Positions 17,118 to 27,327 of a stretch of 32,000 bases of DNA are shown here, in pieces. The translations under genes were made by a program, and so were the position numbers. Source of the stretch: Pseudidiomarina andamanensis (GTDB taxonomy: Bacteria; Pseudomonadota; Gammaproteobacteria; Enterobacterales; Alteromonadaceae); NCBI RefSeq assembly GCF_009734345.1, contig NZ_CP032551.1, positions 450,001 through 482,000 of the forward strand, read 5' to 3'. Every line of letters begins with the position of its first letter. Position 1 is the first letter of the stretch. A model generated the notes under the pieces. That model had not been told where the DNA came from. It did not search any database and was given only the letters and a program-made list of their open reading frames with translations.

Positions 17118-17675
17118 GTGATAAACGAAATTAAACAAGACGCCAAGCAGCGTATGGAAAAAAGCGTTGAAGCGCTGCGCTCACAAATTTCAAAAGTACG
17201 TACAGGCCGTGCGCACCCAAGTATTTTGGATGGAATTATGGTGCCGTACTACGGCGCGGACACGCCATTAAAGCAATTGGCGAATATCACCGTCGAAGAC
17301 TCACGGACACTTGCGATTACGGTATTTGACAAGTCATCAAGTGGTGCTGTTGAGAAGGCGATTATGACGTCTGATTTGGGTTTAAACCCAGCTGCAGCCG
17401 GTACAGTGATTCGTGTGCCATTACCACCACTGACAGAAGAGCGTCGTCGTGACTTAGTTAAAGTTGTGCGTGCTGAAGCAGAGCAGGGCCGTGTTGCGGT
17501 TCGTAATATTCGCCGTGATGCGAACAATGATTTCAAAGAATTGTTGAAAGATAAAGAAATCACTGAAGATGAAGAACGCAAAGCAACGGATGAAATTCAG
17601 AAGCTAACGGATACCTACATTGCAAAAATTGACGAACTGCTGGCAGAAAAAGAAAAAGATTTGATGGAAGTTTAA
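17118..17675 (+). CDS. frr: ribosome recycling factor
   Basis: 185 aa with a GTG start after SD aagga. It aligns from residue 1 with remembered E. coli Frr ([42 protein letters not shown]). Confidence 0.96.
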   Translation: MINEIKQDAKQRMEKSVEALRSQISKVRTGRAHPSILDGIMVPYYGADTPLKQLANITVEDSRTLAITVFDKSSSGAVEKAIMTSDLGLNPAAAGTVIRVPLPPLTEERRRDLVKVVRAEAEQGRVAVRNIRRDANNDFKELLKDKEITEDEERKATDEIQKLTDTYIAKIDELLAEKEKDLMEV

Positions 17676-17706
17676 GCAGTTATTCGTATTCCACGTTGGT
17701 GGACAG

Positions 17707-17739
17707 CGCCGTGTCAGGTATACTCGCACGGCGTTTTTT
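17707..17739 (+). terminator. rho-independent terminator/attenuator after frr
   Basis: Stem cgccgtg (17707-13) pairs with cacggcg (17727-33) around a 13-nt loop, followed by T6 (17734-39). It lies 18 nt upstream of uppS, so it may only be partially efficient. Confidence 0.7.
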
Positions 17740-17756
17740 CTTGTATGGCATGACCT

Positions 17757-18530
17757 ATGACAACAACGGAAGTATCGACAATAAAAATACCACGTCACGT
17801 GGCAATCATCATGGATGGTAACGGACGTTGGGCGCAAATGCGCGGTAAGCGCCGCACGTCAGGTCATAAGGCCGGTGCTGAAGCTGTTCGTGCAGCGGTC
17901 GAATTTGCTCGCAAAAAAGGTATCGAGTCGTTAACCTTGTTTGCGTTTAGCAGCGAAAACTGGAAGCGGCCAGAACAAGAAGTTTCAGTGCTCATGGAGT
18001 TATTTATGACGGTACTGAAACGAGAAGTTAAAAAACTTCATAAATACAATGTGCGCTTGCGAATTATTGGCGACAAGTCAGCATTTGGTGAGCGTTTACA
18101 AAAGCAAATGCAAGAAGCTGAAGCTTTGACCGCCGGCAATACTGCATTGAATTTAAATATTGCTGCGAACTATGGTGGGCATTGGGACATTACCCAAGCT
18201 GCGCGTAAATTAGCAGAGCAAGTTGCAGCGGGGCAGCTAACGCCGCAGCAAGTTACTGAAGAGCAACTAGCGAAGCAACTTGAACTGGCGGATCAACCAG
18301 TGCCAGATTTATTAATAAGAACAGGAGGCGAACACCGAATTAGCAACTTTTTGTTATGGCAATTGGCCTACGCAGAATTTTATTTTAGTAAGGTATTATG
18401 GCCAGATTTCGATGACCGCGAATTTGCTGCAGCCATTGCAGATTTTAGCTGTCGCGAAAGACGTTTTGGGCTGACCAGTGAGCAGCTACAACAAGCCATT
18501 TTAGATACCGACGTGACATCCGGGGACTAG
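17757..18530 (+). CDS. uppS: ditrans,polycis-undecaprenyl-diphosphate synthase
   Basis: 257 aa. [26 protein letters not shown] and IRTGGE.R.SNFLLWQ.AY.E motifs are present. Confidence 0.95.
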   Translation: MTTTEVSTIKIPRHVAIIMDGNGRWAQMRGKRRTSGHKAGAEAVRAAVEFARKKGIESLTLFAFSSENWKRPEQEVSVLMELFMTVLKREVKKLHKYNVRLRIIGDKSAFGERLQKQMQEAEALTAGNTALNLNIAANYGGHWDITQAARKLAEQVAAGQLTPQQVTEEQLAKQLELADQPVPDLLIRTGGEHRISNFLLWQLAYAEFYFSKVLWPDFDDREFAAAIADFSCRERRFGLTSEQLQQAILDTDVTSGD

Positions 18531-18531
18531 T

Positions 18532-19395
18532 TTGCTTAAACAACGTTTAATAACTGCACTTATTTTAATCCCATTAGCATTATATGCGGTGTTTGGGCTG
18601 CCATTGTTATGGTTTGCAATTGCCGTTATTGGGTTAATGGCCGCAGGCGCTTGGGAATGGGCGCCACTGATGAACGTAACTCGTACAAGTGCACGCATTG
18701 CTTACACCGCATTCGTTGCGGTACTTCTCGGTTTGCTCATGTGGTTAGTGCCACTTGATAAAATCTGGTTAGATGGCGAGCTTGACCCCATTATTTACAC
18801 ATTGATTATCATCGGCTGTGTATGGTGGTTAATTGCCATCGCGCTCGTTATTAATTATCCAAGAAGTAGAAGGGTATGGTCACGTACCCGTTCTATTGTG
18901 GGCGTTTTTGGATTATTGACACTTATTCCTGCATGGGCTGGATTAGTTGCTGTGCGCTCATTAAATTATGCCGAGCAACCGTTGTTTGGCGGTTTTGCAG
19001 TATTGTTTGTGCTGTTGTTAGTGTGGGCAGCCGACGTTGGTGCTTATTTTGCTGGCGTGCGCTACGGTCGCAATAAATTAATGCCGGCAGTTAGCCCCGG
19101 TAAAACGATGGAAGGTTTATGTGGTGGCATTACCCTCGCGTTTGTCGTGATGATGGTGTTAGCCCACTGGTTAAAGATTCCAGCCGAACAATTTAGCGGT
19201 TACTACATTACTGGTTTGGTAACTGTAGTTGCGTCGGTGTTTGGTGATTTGAATGAGAGCATGTTTAAACGCTGTGCTGGTGTAAAAGACAGTGGTTCAT
19301 TATTACCTGGTCACGGCGGTATTCTTGATCGAATCGATAGCTTAACTGCTGCGTTACCAATTTTTACGCTTTCCTACCTGTGGTTTTTAACCTGA
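18532..19395 (+). CDS. cdsA: phosphatidate cytidylyltransferase (CDP-diglyceride synthase)
   Basis: 287 aa, polytopic membrane protein. The TTG start at 18532 is supported by N-terminal alignment ([14 protein letters not shown] vs E. coli MLKYRLISAFVLIP). C-terminal signature SxFKR..G.KDSG.L.PGHGG.LDR.DS is present. Confidence 0.93.
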   Translation: MLKQRLITALILIPLALYAVFGLPLLWFAIAVIGLMAAGAWEWAPLMNVTRTSARIAYTAFVAVLLGLLMWLVPLDKIWLDGELDPIIYTLIIIGCVWWLIAIALVINYPRSRRVWSRTRSIVGVFGLLTLIPAWAGLVAVRSLNYAEQPLFGGFAVLFVLLLVWAADVGAYFAGVRYGRNKLMPAVSPGKTMEGLCGGITLAFVVMMVLAHWLKIPAEQFSGYYITGLVTVVASVFGDLNESMFKRCAGVKDSGSLLPGHGGILDRIDSLTAALPIFTLSYLWFLT

Positions 19396-19396
19396 T

Positions 19397-20587
19397 ATGA
19401 AGCAACGCGTTACCATTCTTGGAGCAACCGGTTCAATTGGCCAAAACACCCTAGCGGTGATGGCTAATCATCCCGACCAATTTGAGCTATTTGCGGTAAC
19501 CGCAAACGGCAATGTGGCAGATATGATCACGATCTGCCGACGCTTCAAGCCGCGCTACGCGGTAATGGCTGATAAGCAAGCTGCTCAACGCTTGCAACAA
19601 GAATTGGCAGATCTTAACTGTGAAGTTTTGGGCGGCGAAGAAGCGGTTATCGCCGTGGCCGCCGACGCTCAAGTTGATACTGTGATGGCAGCAATTGTTG
19701 GTGCTGCAGGGTTACTGCCGACCATGGCTGCAGTGAAGGCTGGCAAACGGGTTTTACTTGCGAATAAAGAAGCACTAGTGATGTCTGGGCAGCTGTTTAT
19801 GGACGCTGTAGCGAAACATGGTGCAGAACTTTTACCAATTGATAGCGAACACAACGCGATTTATCAGTGTTTACCTTTAGACGTTCAGCAGCCACTGGGG
19901 CATGCCGATTTGGCCGCTGCAGGTATTCATCAGATTTTGTTGACGGGCTCAGGCGGGCCATTTCGAGAGCTGCCAATTGCCCAACTAGCGCAGCAGACAC
20001 CAGCCGCAGCCTGCAACCATCCAAATTGGTCTATGGGGCAAAAAATCTCTGTCGATTCAGCCACCATGTTGAATAAAGGCCTTGAGTATATTGAGGCGCG
20101 TTGGTTGTTTAATTGCAAAAAAGATCAGATACAGGTGTTGGTGCACCCGCAAAGCGTGATTCACTCAATGGTCAGTTATATCGATGGTTCGGTTATTGCT
20201 CAGTTGGGGCAACCGGATATGCGTACGCCTATTGCTTACGGTCTTGGCTACCCGAAGCGAATTGAAAGCGGTGTACAGGCGTTAGACTTTCTGCAATTGG
20301 GCGAATTAACCTTCATGCCCGCAGAAGCGGCAAGATACCCATGTCTTCAGTTAGCCATTGATGCTTGCTGGGAAGGACAGTGGGCGACCACAAGCCTCAA
20401 TGCGGCCAATGAAATTGCTGTGGCCGCATTTTTACAAGAACGCATTCCATTCACCGCAATTGCTGAGATTTGTGATAGGGTGTTACAGCAATTGAGCGCT
20501 GTTGAAATAACAACGGTCGAAGCATTAATTGAACTGGATACAAAAGCGCGTGCTATAGCACGACAGCAGGTGGAGCAAGTTTCGTAA
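19397..20587 (+). CDS. dxr: 1-deoxy-D-xylulose-5-phosphate reductoisomerase
   Basis: 396 aa. NADPH loop [21 protein letters not shown] and the NHPNW.MG.KI.VDSAT..NKGLE motif are present. Confidence 0.96.
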   Translation: MKQRVTILGATGSIGQNTLAVMANHPDQFELFAVTANGNVADMITICRRFKPRYAVMADKQAAQRLQQELADLNCEVLGGEEAVIAVAADAQVDTVMAAIVGAAGLLPTMAAVKAGKRVLLANKEALVMSGQLFMDAVAKHGAELLPIDSEHNAIYQCLPLDVQQPLGHADLAAAGIHQILLTGSGGPFRELPIAQLAQQTPAAACNHPNWSMGQKISVDSATMLNKGLEYIEARWLFNCKKDQIQVLVHPQSVIHSMVSYIDGSVIAQLGQPDMRTPIAYGLGYPKRIESGVQALDFLQLGELTFMPAEAARYPCLQLAIDACWEGQWATTSLNAANEIAVAAFLQERIPFTAIAEICDRVLQQLSAVEITTVEALIELDTKARAIARQQVEQVS

Positions 20588-21942
20588 TGGGTGGTATTGT
20601 CTGGTCGCTTGGCGCATTTGTCATTACTCTTGGTATTTTGGTGACCTTTCATGAGTTTGGACACTTTTGGGTAGCGCGTCGATGTGGCGTTAAAGTGCTG
20701 ACCTTCTCGGTTGGTTTTGGTAAACCGATTTGGCAGCGCCAAGCTGCAGATGGTACCGTTTATCAAGTTGGCTTGATTCCGCTGGGTGGCTACGTTCGGA
20801 TGCTTGACGAGCGCGTTGACGAAGTGCCGACTGAACAACGTCACTTAAGCTTTAATTCAAAATCGGTGGCGCAACGTGCCGCAATTATTGCTGCAGGGCC
20901 AGTTGCCAATTTTATTTTAGCAATTGGTGTTCTGTGGTTAATGTTTTTAATTGGCGTGCCGTCAGTGAAGCCGATTATTGGCAGTACCGTTCCAAATTCA
21001 ATTGCTGCCGATGCAGGAATTGCTACGCCAGTAGAAATTGTTGCTGTTGATAATCAACACACCGCTGATTGGCAGCAGGTTAATCTTAATCTTGCCGCCG
21101 CTCTTGGCAACAATCAGGTTGTATTGCAAACGCGCGATGAGAATAACCGTTTGCGCGATTACACCTTGAATATTTCGCAATGGCGCTTGGATGATAGCCA
21201 ACAACCGACCTTCTTAGCGTTAGGTATGCAACCGTTTCAACCAGAGGTTTCACTGGAACTCAGTTATGTTGCGGAAAACTCACCTGCTGCGGAAGCCGGA
21301 TTGCAGCTGCAGGATAAAATTCTTCAATTCAACGGAACTCCTGTTACCGATTGGCCTCAAACCAGAGACTTCATTGTTCAAGCGCCGGGGCAACTCGTTG
21401 ATATAACGATTGAACGACAAGGCGAGGAGCTAACAATTCCGGTTCGTTTGGGTAGTCGAAAAGTGAATAACCAAGCAATCGGCTTTTTAGGGGTAGAACC
21501 AACCGTTGCACCGTATCCGGAAAGCTATCGATTTACCCAGCAATATGGTGCGATTGAGGGATTGTGGCGCGGTGTAGAGCGTACTTGGGAACTCATGGTT
21601 CTCAGCGTCAAGATGATTGGTAAGCTTGTTACCGGAACAGTTTCCGTTAGTAATTTAAGCGGGCCTGTCGCAATAGCCGAAGGTGCTGGGGCGACAGCCA
21701 GCTATGGTTTAGTTTATTTTTTAGGGTTTCTAGCATTAATTAGTGTCAATTTGGGCATCATCAATTTAGTACCATTACCGGTATTGGATGGCGGGCACCT
21801 CGCATTTTTGGCCATTGAAGGCGCAAGAGGAAAACCCGTTTCTGAACGTGTTCAAGAGATTTGTTACCGTATTGGCGGTATTCTAATTTTTGCGTTAATG
21901 GCAATTGCGATTAGTAATGATATTTTGCGGTTGTCGCAATGA
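20587..21942 (+). CDS. rseP: sigma-E protease RseP (site-2 zinc metalloprotease, M50)
   Basis: 451 aa. HEFGHFWVARRCGV (HExxH), two PDZ-like central segments, and C-terminal NLGI.NL.PLPVLDGGH. The start overlaps the dxr stop (TAATG). Confidence 0.95.
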   Translation: MGGIVWSLGAFVITLGILVTFHEFGHFWVARRCGVKVLTFSVGFGKPIWQRQAADGTVYQVGLIPLGGYVRMLDERVDEVPTEQRHLSFNSKSVAQRAAIIAAGPVANFILAIGVLWLMFLIGVPSVKPIIGSTVPNSIAADAGIATPVEIVAVDNQHTADWQQVNLNLAAALGNNQVVLQTRDENNRLRDYTLNISQWRLDDSQQPTFLALGMQPFQPEVSLELSYVAENSPAAEAGLQLQDKILQFNGTPVTDWPQTRDFIVQAPGQLVDITIERQGEELTIPVRLGSRKVNNQAIGFLGVEPTVAPYPESYRFTQQYGAIEGLWRGVERTWELMVLSVKMIGKLVTGTVSVSNLSGPVAIAEGAGATASYGLVYFLGFLALISVNLGIINLVPLPVLDGGHLAFLAIEGARGKPVSERVQEICYRIGGILIFALMAIAISNDILRLSQ

Positions 21943-21980
21943 AACGACATGTACAACATAAAACAATTAAGTAGCACAGA

Positions 21981-24497
21981 ATGACGTTGAAACAGCTGTT
22001 TTTAAGCGCCCTCGTTGCAGCGGCGGCACTGCCGGCTTACGAGGCGAGTAGTGCAGAAAATAATTCACAAGTAAATGCCGAAAATTTTGTCGTTGAAGAC
22101 ATTCGCGTTCGTGGTTTACAGCGCGTCGCATTAGGCGCAGCGCTAACCTACATTCCTATTCGTGTTGGTGACGAAGTGGATGCTAACCGTATTCGCGCTG
22201 CCATTCGCTCGTTAAACTCTGCAGCATATTTTGAGAACATTATCGTTAAACGCGATGGCAACACGTTAGTGTTCGAAGTTGTTGAGCGGCCAACCATTTC
22301 AAGCATCGAGTTTGATGGCAACAAAGAAATAAAAGATGAGATGTTGGAAGAGAGCTTAACTGACAGCGGCATTGTTGTTGGTGAACAGCTCGATCGTACG
22401 ATGATCTCGTCAATTGAAACAGGGCTTGAAGACTTCTTCCACGGTGTTGGTAAGTATAATGCGACCGTGGATATCAATGTGATTGAGTTGCCACGCAACC
22501 GAGTCCGCTTAGAACTTCAATTTGAAGAAGGTGATTCTGCAGAAATTCAGCAAATTAACATTGTTGGTAATAGTAGCTTTTCCGATGACCAGTTATTGGC
22601 TGACTTTGAACTGAAAGATCAGCTCCCATGGTGGAATTTTATTGGTGAGCGGCGCTATCAGAAACAACAGTTGACCGGTGATCTTGAGAAACTAGAAAGT
22701 TTTTACCGTAATCGCGGTTACCTAGCGTTCCAAGTTGAATCGGTTCAAGTAAGTATGACGCCTGATAAAGAGGGCGTTTACATTACCATTAATGTGAACG
22801 AAGGCGAAGTTTATGATATTCGTGAAGTGAATGTTATTGGTGATTTAAAAGGGCATGAAGAAGTCATTAAGCGCCTTACCTCAATTGATCCTGGCACGCG
22901 CTATAACGCTGAACAAATTACGTTTTTAGAGGATGCTATTTCACGTTATTACGGCCGTTTTGGCTATGCTTACCCTGAAGTTCGGGCTATTCCGGATATG
23001 CAAGAAGGAAGTAACGAGGTTGATTTAACCTTCTCAGTTAATCCTGGTCAGCGTATTTATGTCGAACGGATTAATTTCATTGGCAACAACGTGACAGCTG
23101 ATGAAGTATTGCGTCGTGAAATGCGTCAACTTGAAGGTGCGCCACTCAATGATCAATTGATTGAGCAAAGTAAGGTGCGTTTGGAGCGTTTAGGTTATTT
23201 TGAAACGGTGGAAACGTCGACTCGTAAATCGGATACTGAAGATGATCGCGTTGAAGTAGACTTTACAGTTAAAGAGCAACCATCAGGAAGTTTTAACTTT
23301 ACCTTGGGTTATGGCGATTACTCGGGCTTCCAGATTGGTTTAGGTTTATCGCAAGAAAACTTCTTAGGTACCGGTAACCGCGCAGCGATCAACGTGAACA
23401 CGAACCGCTACAATAAGAGTGCATCTGTCTCATACACCGATCGCTATTTGACGAAAGACGGTGTGAGCCTGTCCGGCCAGCTTTATGTAAGCGAGTTTGA
23501 TGCTGGTAATCTTGAAAACTATATTCGTTACAACAAAAAACAATATGGTATTGGCAGCTCAATTGGTTTTCCAATTAACGAAGTAACGAGCTTAAACTTT
23601 GGTGCGACATATCGAAATGAGCAGATCAGTAATGTCGATAGTTACGAGCAAGTATCGCGCTTCTATCGTCCATATCTCGATGAGCAAAACCCGAATTTGG
23701 GTGTGAAGTTTGATATCTTTGAATTATCGGCTGGTATTAGTCGGGTGACCCTGAACCGAGGGATGTTCCCAACCGCTGGTTCATCGAACAGCTTGAGCGT
23801 TGAAGTTGCCACGCCGAATAGCGATGTAAATTATTTCCGTACCAACTATGATTATCGCCATTATTTCCCGATTAACGATAGCCATAGTTTTGTCTTTATG
23901 ACACGTTTGCGTATTGGTTACGGTAACGGTTACGGCACCGATGATAATGGTAACGAGTACCTGTTCCCATTCTATGAGAACTTCCGTTTGGGTGGTCGTG
24001 ATAACTTGCGTGGTTTCGAAGGGAATACCATAGGTCCGCGCGCCATTTATCGTTATCCACAAAGTATTCCGGGGCAACCAGGCTATGACGGTATTCCTAC
24101 GGGCCTACCGGCCTATCCAGGTGCCGACCAAGTTGCTGTTAGCCAGTACTCGGTAGGTGGTAATGCAATGGCAGTAGGTGGGTTAGAGTTAATTGTGCCG
24201 ACGCCGTTTATTTCTGAAGAGAATAAAAACACCGTACGTACCAGTTTTTATCTCGATGTAGGTAACGTATGGGATACTGAGTTTGACTATGCGACCTATA
24301 GTCAACTAGAGCTGCTCGGTAATTCGGCACCATTGAAAGATTATAGTGAGCCAACGCACTATCGCGCCGCGGCCGGTATTTCTATACAATGGATTTCACC
24401 AATGGGGCCAATCACGTTATCATTTGGTCGGCCGATTAAATCAGAAGAGACCGATCGTACGCAAACGTTTACGTTCAATATCGGTACAACATTCTAA
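21981..24497 (+). CDS. bamA: outer-membrane protein assembly factor BamA
   Basis: 838 aa. It has a signal peptide, five POTRA-like repeats (I..I.V.G...V), an RGF/RGY-type motif (LRGFEGNTIGPR) and a beta-barrel ending in the aromatic terminus FNIGTTF. Confidence 0.96.
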   Translation: MTLKQLFLSALVAAAALPAYEASSAENNSQVNAENFVVEDIRVRGLQRVALGAALTYIPIRVGDEVDANRIRAAIRSLNSAAYFENIIVKRDGNTLVFEVVERPTISSIEFDGNKEIKDEMLEESLTDSGIVVGEQLDRTMISSIETGLEDFFHGVGKYNATVDINVIELPRNRVRLELQFEEGDSAEIQQINIVGNSSFSDDQLLADFELKDQLPWWNFIGERRYQKQQLTGDLEKLESFYRNRGYLAFQVESVQVSMTPDKEGVYITINVNEGEVYDIREVNVIGDLKGHEEVIKRLTSIDPGTRYNAEQITFLEDAISRYYGRFGYAYPEVRAIPDMQEGSNEVDLTFSVNPGQRIYVERINFIGNNVTADEVLRREMRQLEGAPLNDQLIEQSKVRLERLGYFETVETSTRKSDTEDDRVEVDFTVKEQPSGSFNFTLGYGDYSGFQIGLGLSQENFLGTGNRAAINVNTNRYNKSASVSYTDRYLTKDGVSLSGQLYVSEFDAGNLENYIRYNKKQYGIGSSIGFPINEVTSLNFGATYRNEQISNVDSYEQVSRFYRPYLDEQNPNLGVKFDIFELSAGISRVTLNRGMFPTAGSSNSLSVEVATPNSDVNYFRTNYDYRHYFPINDSHSFVFMTRLRIGYGNGYGTDDNGNEYLFPFYENFRLGGRDNLRGFEGNTIGPRAIYRYPQSIPGQPGYDGIPTGLPAYPGADQVAVSQYSVGGNAMAVGGLELIVPTPFISEENKNTVRTSFYLDVGNVWDTEFDYATYSQLELLGNSAPLKDYSEPTHYRAAAGISIQWISPMGPITLSFGRPIKSEETDRTQTFTFNIGTTF

Positions 24498-24517
24498 TAA
24501 GTATCAAGGAGTTAATA

Positions 24518-25033
24518 GTGAAAGCTATCGTTAAATCTAGTATCGCAGTTGCTTTATTGTCATCTGCATTTTTTGCCAACGCGGCAGAAGCACAACAGAA
24601 AATTGGCTTTGTAAGCATGCAAGAAGTTTTGGCTAACTTACCACAAGCCCGTAATCTTGAGCAGCAAGTTCAAGACGAATTCAAAGGTCAAATTGAAGAA
24701 GTGACTAAGCTCGAAGAGCAAATGCGCGCACTAAGCGAGAAAGCGCAGCGTGATGCATCAATTATGTCACCAGCTGAGCGCATCAAAATGGAACGCGAAA
24801 TGGAAATGCTCGACACGACACGCCAACTGAAAGTAAAAGCGTTGCGTGAAGATATGGGCCGTCGCGGCAATGAATTACGCGACAAGCTAATGACTGATGT
24901 TATGCGCAACGCTCAAGCGGTTGCAAGTGAGCAAAGCTTTGACGTTGTGTTGCAAAGCAGCGCATTAGTTTATGCAGCAGATTCAGCAAACTTGACTGAT
25001 GAAGTTGTCAAAAAGATGACTGGTGGAAACTAA
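24518..25033 (+). CDS. skp: periplasmic chaperone Skp (OmpH)
   Basis: 171 aa with a GTG start after SD aaggag. It has a signal peptide ending ANA-AE and a charged coiled-coil body, and it sits between bamA and lpxD. Confidence 0.88.
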   Translation: MKAIVKSSIAVALLSSAFFANAAEAQQKIGFVSMQEVLANLPQARNLEQQVQDEFKGQIEEVTKLEEQMRALSEKAQRDASIMSPAERIKMEREMEMLDTTRQLKVKALREDMGRRGNELRDKLMTDVMRNAQAVASEQSFDVVLQSSALVYAADSANLTDEVVKKMTGGN

Positions 25034-25037
25034 GTTA

Positions 25038-26057
25038 ATGCAAACACTAACATTGCAGCAGCTTGCTGACGCAATTGGTGCAGAAGTTCAGGGCGATGCA
25101 GCCCTTACTGTAACCGGTGTTGCAACACTTGCCTCGGCTCAGCCGGGGCAAATTGCCTTTTTGGCCAATGAAAAATATCGCAGCCAACTCGATGCCTCGA
25201 AAGCGAGTGCGGTGATTGTAGCTCCCGATGTTCATGTTCCTGATGGCATGTCCGCGCTACGTACACGCAACCCTTATGCGGGATTTGCGAAAATTGCACA
25301 GCTACTGGACACCACGCCGAAACCAGCTGAACATATTCATGCCAGCGCACAGGTCGATCCGAGTGCAAAAATTGGGAAAAACGTTGCCATTGGTGCGAAT
25401 ACGGTGATTGCTGAAAATGTCGTGTTAGCAGACAATGTGACCATTGGTGTCGGTTGTTATGTTGGGCCAGGTACTCACATTGGTGCAAACACGCAATTGT
25501 GGCAACACGTGGTGATTTACCACAATTGTGTGATTGGTGAACATTGCTTGGTGCACGCTGGTACCGTTATTGGTGCCGACGGATTTGGTTGGGCCAATGA
25601 AGGTGGCAAGTGGATTAAAATTCCACAACTAGGTCGCGTGGTCATTGGTGACCGTGTTGATATTGGTGCGAGTACGACCATTGACCGCGGTGCGCTTGAC
25701 GATACTGTTATTAGCAATGGCGTGATTATTGATAATCAGTGTCAAATTGCTCATAACGTGTTTATTGATGAAGACACAGCTATTGCGGGATGTACGGTGT
25801 TGGCGGGAAGCTGCCGCATTGGTAAGCGCTGTTTAATTGGTGGCGCGACTGCAATTAATGGACACATCTCAATTTGTGACGATGTGCAAATCAGTGGTTT
25901 CTCAATGGTTATTAAGGAAATTACTGAACCTGGCGCTTATGCTTCAGGTATTCCTGCTGCGCCACAACGTGAGTGGCGTCGCAACGGGGCTCGTTATCGT
26001 CAGCTAGACGACTTGTTCCAGCGCGTGAAAAAAATTGAAAAACAACTCGAACAATAA
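25038..26057 (+). CDS. lpxD: UDP-3-O-(3-hydroxyacyl)glucosamine N-acyltransferase
   Basis: ORF 25023..26057 trimmed to ATG 25038 (MQTLTLQQLA vs E. coli MPSIRLADLA). Left-handed beta-helix hexapeptide repeats are present, and IGDRV.IGA.TTIDRGALDDT.I.NGVIIDNQCQIAHNV is nearly identical to E. coli LpxD. Confidence 0.95.
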   Translation: MQTLTLQQLADAIGAEVQGDAALTVTGVATLASAQPGQIAFLANEKYRSQLDASKASAVIVAPDVHVPDGMSALRTRNPYAGFAKIAQLLDTTPKPAEHIHASAQVDPSAKIGKNVAIGANTVIAENVVLADNVTIGVGCYVGPGTHIGANTQLWQHVVIYHNCVIGEHCLVHAGTVIGADGFGWANEGGKWIKIPQLGRVVIGDRVDIGASTTIDRGALDDTVISNGVIIDNQCQIAHNVFIDEDTAIAGCTVLAGSCRIGKRCLIGGATAINGHISICDDVQISGFSMVIKEITEPGAYASGIPAAPQREWRRNGARYRQLDDLFQRVKKIEKQLEQ

Positions 26058-26086
26058 TTAATTAATGATAAAACGAGGATGACGCT

Positions 26087-26539
26087 TTGTCTGCAGATGG
26101 CGCATTTGATATTAAAGAAGTTCTTCGGTTATTACCGCACCGTTATCCATTTCTGTTAGTGGATAAAGTGGTTGCGTGTGACAACAAAACCACCATTCAT
26201 GCGGTTAAAAATGTTTCAGTCAATGAGCCGATTTTTACTGGGCATTTTCCGGAAAATCCTATTTTCCCGGGCGTGTTAATTTTAGAAGCACTCGCGCAAG
26301 CGGCTGGTTTGCTCGGCTTTAAAATTACTGAAAGCAGCCCTGGCGTGAATGACCTATACTTATTTGCGGGCGTTGATAACGCACGCTTTAAACGCCAAGT
26401 GTTACCCGGTGACACCATGAATTTGCATGTGACATTTGAAAAAGAGCGCCGCGGTATCTGGGTGTTTAAAGGTCGTGCGGATGTTGACGGTGAGTTAGCA
26501 TGTAGCTGCGATATCATTTGTGCAAGAAGGGAAGTCTAA
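26087..26539 (+). CDS. fabZ: 3-hydroxyacyl-ACP dehydratase FabZ
   Basis: 150 aa with a TTG start. [12 protein letters not shown] and [25 protein letters not shown] motifs are present. Confidence 0.95.
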   Translation: MSADGAFDIKEVLRLLPHRYPFLLVDKVVACDNKTTIHAVKNVSVNEPIFTGHFPENPIFPGVLILEALAQAAGLLGFKITESSPGVNDLYLFAGVDNARFKRQVLPGDTMNLHVTFEKERRGIWVFKGRADVDGELACSCDIICARREV

Positions 26540-27307
26540 GTGATTCATCCGACCGCCATTATTGATGACTCAGCACGCATTGGCAACAATGTCGAAATTG
26601 GTCCGTACACGATTGTCGGGGCTCATGTTGAAATTGGTGACAATTGCGTCATTGGCCCGCATGTGGTGTTACGTGGACCGACGGTGTTGGGTAAAAATAA
26701 CCGAATTTTTCAATTCGCATCGGTTGGCGAAGATTGCCAAGATAAGAAATACAACGGTGAACCAACGCGCTTAGTGATTGGTGACAATAACGTGATTCGT
26801 GAATGTGTGACCATTCATCGCGGTACGGTGCAAGATCAAGGGTTGACCCAAATTGGCAGCAATAACTTGCTGATGGCTTATGTGCATGTGGCGCATGACT
26901 GTATGGTGGGAAATAACGTGATTCTTGCCAACAACACCACCTTGGCCGGTCATGTGCATGTTGGCGATTGGGCGATTTTAGGTGGCTTTACCGGGGTGCA
27001 TCAGTTCTGTCACATTGGGGCGCATGCATTCACTGCAGTTAACTCAGTGGTGGTGCAAGATATTCCACCATACATCATGGCGCAAGGTCACAATGCGGCA
27101 CCGCGAACAATTAATGCTGAAGGGTTAAAGCGCCGTGGCTTCCAACCGAACCAGATTCTGAATATTAAGCGCGCATTTAAATTGCTGTATCGTCAAGGGT
27201 TAACCATTAATGAAGCGGTAGAAAAGATGCGTGAACTTGATGCAGAAACTGAGTTGTCACCGCTGATTGATTTCGTTCAAAATAGCCAACGCGGTATTAT
27301 TCGTTAA
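26540..27307 (+). CDS. lpxA: acyl-ACP--UDP-N-acetylglucosamine O-acyltransferase
   Basis: 255 aa. The GTG start immediately follows the fabZ stop. Hexapeptide repeats are present, and FASVGE..QD.KY.GEPT...IGD.N.IRE.VTIHRGT and the C-terminal RG.IR match E. coli LpxA. Confidence 0.96.
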   Translation: MIHPTAIIDDSARIGNNVEIGPYTIVGAHVEIGDNCVIGPHVVLRGPTVLGKNNRIFQFASVGEDCQDKKYNGEPTRLVIGDNNVIRECVTIHRGTVQDQGLTQIGSNNLLMAYVHVAHDCMVGNNVILANNTTLAGHVHVGDWAILGGFTGVHQFCHIGAHAFTAVNSVVVQDIPPYIMAQGHNAAPRTINAEGLKRRGFQPNQILNIKRAFKLLYRQGLTINEAVEKMRELDAETELSPLIDFVQNSQRGIIR

Positions 27308-27327
27308 TTTTTTAACGACAAGACACC

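Noticed and set aside
20347-20844. A 165-aa minus-strand ORF spanning the dxr/rseP junction. Similar long antisense ORFs occur at 16117-16440, 17249-17581, 22148-22498, 25105-25488, 26197-26517, 27312-27674 and 30655-31026.
   Set aside because: Each lies fully antisense to a gene with very strong homology support. Their translations are low-complexity (S/T/A/C/N-rich) with no recognisable motif and no SD. Hexapeptide-repeat and highly biased genes commonly leave open antisense frames, so I treat these as non-coding.
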